From the NCBI RefSeq assembly GCF_964194025.1, contig NC_134475.1:3658001-3722000 (forward strand): a DNA stretch of 64,000 bases, given 5' to 3'. Below, piece by piece: positions 1-9,422 of the stretch; positions within the stretch are counted from its first letter, which is position 1, and each line of letters begins with the position of its first letter. The translations under genes were made by a program, and so were the position numbers. Source of the DNA: Convolutriloba macropyga (taxonomy: Eukaryota). The notes under the pieces were generated by a model. That model worked only from the letters and a program-made list of their open reading frames with translations. It had not been told where the DNA came from and searched no databases.

Positions 1-616
1 ACATACCAACACGGAAACGCACTGCTTGACACTTTCGCGGATATATGATTACAATCACTTGCTCTCACACATTGAAAACTACAAAATACACCGTTGGATA
101 TTAAAATGGACACGAATCAGGACTAAAAAGATGCTTAAAGATAACTCAAATGCTGATAGCAGAAGAAATATGCCTAAGTGAAGCTCTATTCGTTTGACTA
201 AAGGAATAATTTACAAAAAGATTAATTCAGAACAAAAAGGAGTACACTATATTTATATGCAAAATAAATTTGTTTAGCTAATTCTGTTTTTTTACTTACA
301 CAATGATTTCACTGAAATTTTGCATCGTTGGTTGTTTCCATTCGTAGTTGATCCACGATTCCCCAAATTGTCAAAAAGTGATAAACAAAAAGGCAAATAT
401 TGAATAGAAAATTTATTAGATTGAATTTCGTAAAAACAATCAGCAATGAAGCGAGGTGATTGATAGCAAATTAAAAATTAAATTATTATGAATTGAATCA
501 AAAATTAATTAACATTATTATGAATAAAAAATTTTGTGATGAAATACAGTTAGTAGAAACAAATATGTGCAACTGATTAAAACTAGTGCACAGGGAATAA
601 TACGGGCGTCTGGTTC

Positions 617-992
617 TTAAATAAATTGGATTGCATGTACAAAACAGGATATGATAGCGAGGAGAAGTTTGATTATACCAAGTTTATGCTCCATTCGGTA
701 CGTATCACCAAAAAGAAAAGAGCGAGGTTCTGACGTCAATGCTTTTGATTGGCTAAACTTAAAACTTATGGAAATATAGAATAATATGAAGACATTGTAA
801 TATTCACAACCAGCTTTCAGGGGTCTTTGGCGCATCAAAGACGGATTGAACTCGGCCTTCTCTCCCGCCATCTTCTCCAGAATAATAAAGGAACACAATA
901 ATATCTTCTAGTACTTCCTCTTTTTTCCCTCTGAGTACAGAAGCAACAACAGTTGTGAGGTTGTCACCTTTCAGAGCCAAGATATGTGTCAG
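617..992 (-). CDS. 3' terminal exons of an unknown gene (exon ~992-808, 55-bp intron 807-753, last exon 752-617), hydrophobic C-terminus
   Basis: Splicing TT|GTGAAT...GTTTAG|C joins an open frame (LTHILALKGDNLTTVVASVLRGKKEEVLEDIIVFLYYSGEDGGREGRVQSVFDAPKTPESW) in frame to FQSKALTSEPRS...KLGIIKLLLAIISCFVHAIQFI*. The upstream acceptor is uncertain and no family was recognised. Confidence 0.4.
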
Positions 993-1574
993 GCTTAGTA
1001 GAAGGGCTTGCTTTCGAGAACGTGTTCGAGAACACCAAAGGCATTCTTACACACACTCAAATTCTACGTCAAGACTACAAAAACACAAACACACATCACG
1101 CACTCAAAGACAGACACTCGCACATAAGCAAATGCTGAAAACACCACAAAACAGCTGGTTTTCAAATACATCAGATACAAAAAAAACTATTCTGCAGCAA
1201 CAAGCAAACACTTCCACTGCCACACATGATGACATAAGTTCGTTTACAAAAACAAAATAACTCTTTTCTAATCCAATAGTTACAAAGAAGCAAAATATCT
1301 TGGACTNNNNNNNNNNNNNNNNNNNNNNNNNNNNNNNNNNNNNNNNNNNNNNNNNNNNNNNNNNNNNNNNNNNNNNNNNNNNNNNNNNNNNNNNNNNNNN
1401 NNNNNNNNNNNNNNNNNNNNNNNNNNNNNNNNNNNNNNNNNNNNNCAAACACAAAATAAACAACTATAGCATAATCGGTGGCGGTCAAGCAAGTCGATAG
1501 GCAAGCAAGCCGAATTTTGATAATGAGGTCGAGTAAGCCGAAAAATTTTTAGTTACCCGTATTTTAAGTTGCCC

Positions 1575-1692
1575 TGGCGGGCCGGTGGGCGCGCTTCGCC
1601 GCGATAACCGGTCCGCTATTTCCGGATTACATCCCACAGCGGATGAGAGGCATGGCCATGGACAGCGGTCCGCTGAGGCCCGTACCCACTAG
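1575..1692 (+). mobile_element. Possible Helitron-like 3' terminus
   Basis: GC-rich island in AT-rich DNA ending in the palindrome CAGCGGtCCGCTG (1663-1675), with CTAG at 1689-1692. The base after CTAG is A rather than the canonical T, and no 5' end was found. Confidence 0.3.
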
Positions 1693-2172
1693 ATGTCTAA
1701 AAATTGCCGTATTTTTGTTTCTTTGGTGCTTTGGAATACATTATGAACTATAATACTACGCGCAGTATTGATTGTAACGGATAACATTGTATTAATTGTG
1801 ATAGATTACATAACTATTACATAACTTTCGGCTTGCTTTTTTGTCGGCCTACTTTTACTTCGGCTGAAACACTGACACTGCACACTGCAACACAGACACA
1901 ATCACACACCGATCGAGATTCGCAGGACGCAAAAATGGATGGGCGAGGTACAAAACGAAAAAAATTTGGAATCACACTTAAACATTCACCAATAACATTC
2001 ACACAGAATCAAACACAAACTTAACAACATTATGGAACGCACAAATTTTCTTCACCGCAAGCGCGCAGACAGATAAACACAACAGAAACTCTCTCCTTCA
2101 CTCTCGAGCTCAGGTACAGAAAACACATATCAACGCACACTATCAAACATACAATAACACACGCACATGTTG

Positions 2173-2729
2173 CCCGGGTTGAGGTTTTTGGGTGAATTTT
2201 TGTAAGAAATGCGATGAATGAGGTGATTTTTAAAAGAAACGCGGTGATTGCGTTGAAAAAAAATGTTTCAGAGCATTTCACCGCATTTCTTACGAAAATT
2301 AACCGGGAAGTTCACCGCATTTCTTACAAATATTCACCACATCAGCTTTCATGTCAAAATAATGTAAGAAATGCGGTTCATGCGATAAATGCGGTGGAAA
2401 AATTAATTCACCGTAATTCACCGCATTCGATACAAAATTCCTCGCATTTATTTTCCAACGACTAATGAATCTGATTTAAATTCACAATTAATAACATTTA
2501 TTTAAGTGACAGTTGGAGCAGTGGAACAAGACGTTAAAGACATAGAGGAGGAAAGAGGTTCGAACCCGTGTACGGAAGTTTCTTTTTTGTAGGAAAACGG
2601 AGAACGCGGTGAAAATAAATAATTGACCGCGATTCACAGCATCCACCGAAAAAAGATGTAATAAATACGTGGTGGAATTTTTTTTCACCGCTTTTCTTAT
2701 GGAAATTTACCGCCAAACCTCGACCCGGG
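2173..2729. mobile_element. Non-autonomous DNA transposon (MITE) with CCCGGGT(T/C)GAGGTTT TIRs and internal tRNA-like cassette
   Basis: Left end CCCGGGTTGAGGTTT; right end AAACCTCGACCCGGG; imperfect inverted match over ~45 bp. Subterminal GCGGTGAA/TTCACCGC repeats. Related copy at 49139-49956. Confidence 0.8.
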
Positions 2730-3575
2730 AAACACGTATCTATTTTTTCTCGCATAAACACCCACAAACCCTCAAGAGAATTCACAAGAACAAACAGACC
2801 TAATTTTATCTGCTCTCACACAATGGCCAGCCCCTGCTTGTACAAACTCTTATACACATTAAAACAAAGTTATTTTTACTTTAGTTATCATTTCAAGGTA
2901 GCACACACAGAGTCATTCTGACTGTCAAAAAACATAAAACACACACACGCACAATTAAAAACACATACACTTATACACCATAAGCACAGAAACATCACCA
3001 ACTCTCACATTCACACTCACTATAACATTCAGATCGATAAACCTAAGCAATCAGTTTAGTTTCAATCACACAAAAAGCAATCAGTTTAGTTTCAATCACG
3101 CAACATACACACACGCACAGCAACACACAAACACACACACGCACACACACACATAAACTCATTCGCAAACAAATAAACTTAATCAACAACCATGACCTAC
3201 GCACACAAACACCCCGGCCCAAAAAAATTATAACAGGATGGGTTTGTCGGAAACACCAATCCCTCGAAAATTTTTTCCGTTACTCCCCACTCTATTGTTA
3301 TCCATTCCTCATTTTCGTTTCCCTGCCTTAAATATTTTTTTCCTCATTACCCCCATTTTACATCGTTTTCTCCAACTTACGGCAACTCAAAATGTTTTTA
3401 AACAAATTTGATTTGTATCCATCCACACATTATCATCATTTAAAACACTCACGTGCACATTTCAAAATGCCGAAAGTCTGCTGTTCCAGAAGTTAAAACG
3501 CCAAAAGTTGCTATTTAGCCAGAAGTTGACTGCCGTTGACTTTCGTCATTTTAAAACATGCGCTTTTCGTGTTTT

Positions 3576-3703
3576 AAGCATGGTTAAGTGACTCTGCCGA
3601 AGTCACTTCGAAATTTTGACTAAATATCTCGAACCGCTTCGTGGTTCTCGATAAACGCCGAAATTTCTCAGTGACTTCAAGCAGAGTCACTTAACCATTA
3701 CTT
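3576..3703. repeat. ~130-bp fold-back palindrome (hairpin MITE-like)
   Basis: ATGGTTAAGTGACTCTGC..GAAGTCACT..GAAATTT pairs with AAATTTC..AGTGACTTC..GCAGAGTCACTTAACCAT. A second short inverted repeat lies immediately upstream (~3455-3563). Confidence 0.7.
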
Positions 3704-4449
3704 ATGTTTCTGGAAAAACTGTTTTCAAAAGATGTTTGCGTCTCACGGATTCTCTAACAGGTGTTCTATTTGAAAACCGGTTACAGAAACCTTTTGACAA
3801 AAATTTTTTTGAAAATTTTTTGCTGTCAGCACTCCTATATTAGTGAATTAGTTAAAACTTTTTAGACCTGTTTTATCATTATTTAAGTTTGATATAATGC
3901 CGCAAAATTTACTCTATAATGATATCGGTATATTTCTTTTTCACTGATTTTCACTCAGTTTAAACTGTACATCGCTTTGGGGTAAATATTTAGGCGGGGG
4001 GGGGGGGGGTATTCTAAGAACTACACAATTTCTATTAGTTAACCCTACTCTTGCATCAATTTGGGGGTAAATGGTAAATTTTATGTGGTCCCCTCATTCC
4101 CCCATTCCCCGTATTACCCCCCCCCCCCCCCCCCCAAGTCTCACATCATTTTGAGGGGAATTAGAGGGGGTTAATTCTTAAAAGTCCACCTGACCTCTGT
4201 TTGACAATTGTCCACTTCTTGTATGTCATTTATATAATCGGATAGTTGAACTCTGTTCGCTCATTATTATTTGTCATATATGTTTGTTCATGCACGCCAA
4301 TTCTGTGAAGTATTTATATACATAACCTTGCTTTCAAAGTTAAATAGGATTATTGTGTTTGCAAGTATTCTATTTTGCCGATAAATTGGAGGCAGAAGCA
4401 CACGTACAAACTTTGTGGTCGTAATTTATTCGAAAACGAACATCTCGAA

Positions 4450-5916
4450 ATGTTGATTTTCATTTCAATTTTGAGTATTTTGGTACAAACAGCTAATACT
4501 TTAAATGTTCTGTTTCCATTAATGTGTTACGGCGGCCATTTTGGGACTATGAGTTCACTTTTTGACCCAATTTGCAGTAAACATAATTGTACTTTTATCG
4601 AAACTGCCGAATTCTGCCACAAAAAAGTCGAACCTTTTCAACAAAGACTCAACTTAACCGTTATTGAGAGGTTCGGACTTCTAAATGAAATCGACATACA
4701 AGGCCAGCTTGATTTCCTCTTGAATTTTTGCAGACGAGTAATGGATATCATGACTTTTGCGTATAACATTACGAGTGAACATTTGGCCGAAAATAAGGGA
4801 GTTTATGACGTCATCATAGCAGATCAATTTTTCCAGGGTTCTATTATAGCTGCGGAACAATTTGACATTCCAGTTCTTGTTCAGGTTCCAGGCGCTCCAG
4901 CTGGGGTTGAACACGTGCAGGAAAAGTGGTTCAATGGAATCCTTGAGAGTGTAATTGTGAAGCTGATTTACAAGCCATGCACTGACTGGATAATTGAAAA
5001 AAGAAGGGGTTTGGGATTGCCCGAAATGGATTATCAAGGTGGGTTTCTATGCGGAGACTACCCTAGTCATTTCCCGCTGATTGTCCCGACATCTCCGTCA
5101 ATTTACCCGGAACCCCATTCATCTGTGGAACACATCTACATAGGGGGAATCCGCGATGAGAGTAAATTGCCCAAATTGAATCCGGATCTCGAGCAATGGA
5201 TCTTAAAAGACGATCTTGACATAGTCTATATCTCACTCGGAACCCATTCTCTTCTAGACAAGGACGCGCTGAAAGTGTTCGTGGACAAACTATACACTAT
5301 CAAAGACTATCGGGTAATTTGGGCAATGTCAACAGGCATGCAGGAACTAGCAGAGGGGTTTGGAAAGTTTGGGAAATTTGAGGACAAATTTTATATAGGA
5401 GGATTTTTACCTCAATATACACTTCTGAAACACGACCGCATCAAGATATTTGTGACCCATGCTGGCCTGGGTTCTATGGTTGACTTGATAAAGAGCAAGA
5501 CCCCTGGTGTGTTCGCGCCTCAGTTCTTCGACCAGTTTCAAAATGGAAAACAAATGGCAAAAGTCAACTTGGGAGTTTATACGGAAACATTTGACTTCGA
5601 AACACTTGACAAACTAATCAAGATGGTGCGAGATAATTATGACTTCTACAAGAACAACTTGATTAGAATCGAAAAAGAATTCGCGCGATATGAACAAGCA
5701 GAACTGATAACGGGCTTCTTGGAAGAAATTGCTGGCCGGAAGAAAACAACTGTTCAGTACGATCTCGATTTTCAAATAATTAGCACCTATCATTATTGTG
5801 GATGGTATATGTTTCTCTTTTCTGTTCTGGCTATTGCTACTGGATTCCTAACGTTGATCTACAAATTGCTTGTCCAGATTATTAAAAAACAAGACACAAA
5901 AACCAAAATTCAGTGA
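4450..5916 (+). CDS. UDP-glycosyltransferase (GT1, UDP-glucuronosyl/glucosyltransferase family), single coding exon, 488 aa
   Basis: The ATG at 4450 begins a signal peptide (MLIFISILSILVQTANT). The protein has a catalytic-His motif GGHF, VYISLGT, the UGT signature FLPQYTLLKHDRIKIFVTHAGLGSMVDLIKSKTPGVFAPQFFDQ, a C-terminal TM helix and a lysine-rich tail (KKQDTKTKIQ). The ORF-track start at 4375 is a TTG. Confidence 0.93.
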   Translation: MLIFISILSILVQTANTLNVLFPLMCYGGHFGTMSSLFDPICSKHNCTFIETAEFCHKKVEPFQQRLNLTVIERFGLLNEIDIQGQLDFLLNFCRRVMDIMTFAYNITSEHLAENKGVYDVIIADQFFQGSIIAAEQFDIPVLVQVPGAPAGVEHVQEKWFNGILESVIVKLIYKPCTDWIIEKRRGLGLPEMDYQGGFLCGDYPSHFPLIVPTSPSIYPEPHSSVEHIYIGGIRDESKLPKLNPDLEQWILKDDLDIVYISLGTHSLLDKDALKVFVDKLYTIKDYRVIWAMSTGMQELAEGFGKFGKFEDKFYIGGFLPQYTLLKHDRIKIFVTHAGLGSMVDLIKSKTPGVFAPQFFDQFQNGKQMAKVNLGVYTETFDFETLDKLIKMVRDNYDFYKNNLIRIEKEFARYEQAELITGFLEEIAGRKKTTVQYDLDFQIISTYHYCGWYMFLFSVLAIATGFLTLIYKLLVQIIKKQDTKTKIQ

Positions 5917-6958
5917 ATTTTTCGAAAACTCGAAATTTTGTTTCATATCAATTTCACACAGTTCATCACCTATCGTTCTCTTGGTTATACCAAAAAATCC
6001 AATCAATTTTATTTTGATTAATTAATTGAAATAATTTCTGATAAATTAGAATTGTCGAGAACTCAAACGCCTACAATAATCAAAGAAGACGGCGCAGGTG
6101 AGACCGTGCTCAGCATCAAAGGTAGAAACATAGGCCTTATCAAAAAGCAAGTTAATATAGAGATTCTACACAACAACTAAATTTAATATACAAGACCGAT
6201 GATAATCTGTTGCTCATGATTTGCTAATAACTGATTTTTACTGAAAAAATACATTAAAAAATATTTCAAATTCAAATTTTAGGGTACTTTTTAACTACTC
6301 ATTGTTCATGAGGGAATTCGTGACAATAACCGTTATTGAGGAAGAAAATTAACTAAATAGAAGGCAGAAAGATTTGACCTAACAATTTTTTTGAAAAAAA
6401 AATAACACTGTTTTAACAAATAACTTTGAATTATTACATTGTAGCAAAGAACGGCAATTCATTAAATCTCCCAACTAAAGGAAAACTTGACATCCATTAA
6501 AGCCAGAAAGTTAATTAAAGCCAGAAGATTAAAATCCGAAAACTTCTACACTCAGAAAATTATTTTGTGAAACTGGCAAAAGTTAAAAAATATTAAAGAA
6601 TCTTAATTAACTAATTTAAAATTGAAATCCTTGAAGTCCTGTCATAGCCTCCAGGAAAAGACCAAAAATGAAAAGAGTATTATTTTTTTGTTTAATCGTT
6701 ACAAAACAAACGGTCATAGAAGGTTTCACAATTTCGAGAGAAAAGAAAATGAGCATCTTCTTTTTACTCTCGGAAACTCTGAACAAAATCAACTCAACAC
6801 GATAACTGAAAGCATTTGTTTTTTTAAAAAAAAATCATGCAAAAACACAGGTTGAGAGTTTAAAAACCGCCTATTTTGTTGTTTGGGGGGTCACGGTGTG
6901 TAAGTACAGAATAACTTATACTTGAATTGTCTGCATATGTGTAAGGTGCAGTTTGCAA

Positions 6959-7523
6959 CCCTAGTCGAGACCTGGAAATATTAAAAGACCGTCCTCGACA
7001 GATTTAGGTTATGAAAAGACTGTCCTCGACAGATATTGGATATGAAAAAAATTTGTCTGAAACCAATGTGATGTCCTGGACTTTGGCTGGAACTAAAACA
7101 ACCGTCCTAGAATTTGACTGGAACTAAAACATACGTCCTGGAATTTGGCTGGACAATAAAGGTGTTCTGGCATTTGACTGGAGAATAACGGTGTTCTGGA
7201 GTTTGGCTGGACAATAAAACACGTCCTGGAATTACGCTCGCGACCGTTATTATGAGTTGTTTTCATTTTCCTCCAAAGTTAAGGACAATTAGCGCAATTG
7301 GTTAAGCATTTGGTAGGATTGGAGAAGGTCACGAGATTGAACCCAAATGTTGTCGGAACGTTTTAGTTTGCCTCATTTTTGCATATGAAAAACATTTGGC
7401 TGGACTAATGGAAACAATTAGCCTCGAATTTAACTGGGGTCCTCGACTGTATAATTTAGTTTAATATTTACCCCCCACCTGGAGTTAATAGATCTTTTCA
7501 TAAATTCCAGGTTTCGACTAGGG
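6959..7523. mobile_element. MITE with CCCTAGTCGA(G/A)ACCTGGAA TIRs, 2-bp TSD AA, internal ~30-bp tandem repeats and tRNA-like cassette
   Basis: AA|CCCTAGTCGAGACCTGGAA ... TTCCAGGTTTCGACTAGGG|AA. GTCCTGGAATTTGGCTGGA-type repeats at ~7070-7235. CCC termini with a 2-bp TSD resemble animal CMC/EnSpm-type elements (inference). Confidence 0.8.
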
Positions 7524-8189
7524 AATTGTTGGGCATCAAAAAAATTACTTCTGATGAAATTTCGTCACTTTGGAATCTGCACCTTGAGAGGTTCTATACA
7601 GGATAATTCACTCTCATCTCTTCAACCTGATATTAATATTTTATTTTTAGCCGGAGTATGTCTTGATTTCCCGAAATTGATTTGCGTAGTTTCGAGGAAA
7701 GTTTTGGAGCCATTAACTTTGGAGCTCTGCTCAGTTTGATTTGACCAGAAACAGCGCCAAATTCTTTTAGAGTCACTTATTGTTCTTTTTGGAGAAACTT
7801 ATGGGATAGTTATACCAAGATTGTGTTCTGAAATCATAGTTTTGTGACAATTTGATTTAGAATGAATTGGCTGCTGATGTATGGCCATAGCCCACGAGGC
7901 CTGACCAAATGGATTTAGTACCAGTGTTGAAGCTATAAAATAACGAAAAAAAAAATAAATTTTAGAGGTAAAATGCAAGAGCTTAGCTAATGGGGATGAA
8001 GAATCAGGACAACACTGAAATCACAAGAACTGTACATGAACATAGAAAGAAGATAAGAAACCATCGCCAAAAACCTGCTGTAAGTGTCACTGTCTTGATT
8101 GTTTAATTAAGATTTTATCGGAACAACTTGTTTATAATTTGTGATTGTGTTCGCTCTGCATATACGCCTATTCAGCCCAAAAAATAAAT

Positions 8190-8734
8190 GAGTTCCTCGT
8201 GGTAACTTTTAGTTCATTTAGCTTCATGCATTTTAAAATTAAGTTGTTAAATTAAGCACACAGACTTTACCGTTAATTGACGTTCTTCGTTTTTGTGATT
8301 TTTTCATTATGGCTTAAATGGAGCAAACGAAACTCAACTATTTTGATTGTGAAATTGCAACGCAAAGCGACTAATCTAAACCACATTTTTTAATGGCATC
8401 GCAAAACACCTGTGTTCTTTCTCCTCCACCACAATGCGCTGTGTTGCACTTAATTATTTACTACCCTTTTCCCGCCGCGAGATGACTAAAACAAATGGAC
8501 TGGTTAAAATAAATGAATGAAAGTAGAGTACTAGTCAACAAAGTGTTTTTGAACAGAATTGTTTGATCAAGCAGCGGGAAGTAAAAACGTGGTCAAAAGA
8601 CTATAGCTTAGGCAAGCGAGAAAAATGAAATGAGATCTGATTAATAATGAAATGGAGGTCAAAATTATTTGAAATAAAATACTGGGTCATATTAATTTTA
8701 CTGCACTAAATAATGAATGATGGCAGGTATGACA
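8190..8734 (-). repeat. 3' LTR of the old Gypsy element (left boundary approximate)
   Basis: Shares blocks such as GCATCGCAAAACACC.GTGTTCTTTCTCCTCCACCACAATG with 14485-15174; adjacent PPT. Confidence 0.7.
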
Positions 8735-9422
8735 TTCCCCCCCCCCCGAGTTTTGATTAAAATTGCACAATGACGAAACTTTAATAATGGTAACATATTC
8801 AAAACATTAACTAATGGTCCACGGTTGTCCAAAACAGTTTGACTCAGAGTCATCTTTGAATCCGCTTCATATACTGTCAGGGAAATTATATTGTCCTCAC
8901 CTTGGGTGTCGGGCTCCTGATGTCATGGAAAGATCTCACTGGGGAGACATCTCCAATCACAAGCGGAATTTTCCTCTCCTCTGACACCTGTTCCGCTGTT
9001 GCTTGGAGTTTTCGATAACGGATAAGGACGTTTTTTGGACATTTGCGACGACTCCAGCCCGGCGCTTACGTCTAGGTGGAGCGTTGATCAGTGAATCCGA
9101 TGACGTGTCAAAATTACCATTATAATCCAGACTCCTTCTGGTTCATACATTGTATCTCTTTTCCGAGTTTTTATCCGCCTGACAGGGAAAACATGTTGCA
9201 AAGCATATGAGGGTGCATGTGAAGCTAATTGAGGGTCAACTCGCCGGAAGATTCTTCAGGTGGTGATGGATGTCAACCTCTATCAGCCGTGAAGCTCGAG
9301 GGTTTTTGGAATGCGTCTTCGCTTAGCGCGTGCAATATTTTAGTTTGAAGTTGAAACCCTGCTGCCGGTTCACGTCTTCTATGTTGCATCTTCTTGTAGC
9401 TTTTGAGCTTTCGTTTGAATTC

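Noticed and set aside
1307-1445. N runs as evidence of structural gaps or hidden genes (also 38840-39002 and 55021-56146)
   Set aside because: Content is unknowable. Adjacency to simple repeats and the isolated 'ac' at 55569-55570 suggest masked low-complexity sequence.
2508-2590. Functional tRNA genes here and at ~7283-7350 and ~49720-49800
   Set aside because: A/B boxes are present but no convincing cloverleaf or anticodon arm; treated as tRNA-derived transposon cassettes.
4375-4449. N-terminal extension of the UGT from the TTG start
   Set aside because: Eukaryotic context; the ATG at 4450 directly begins the signal peptide.
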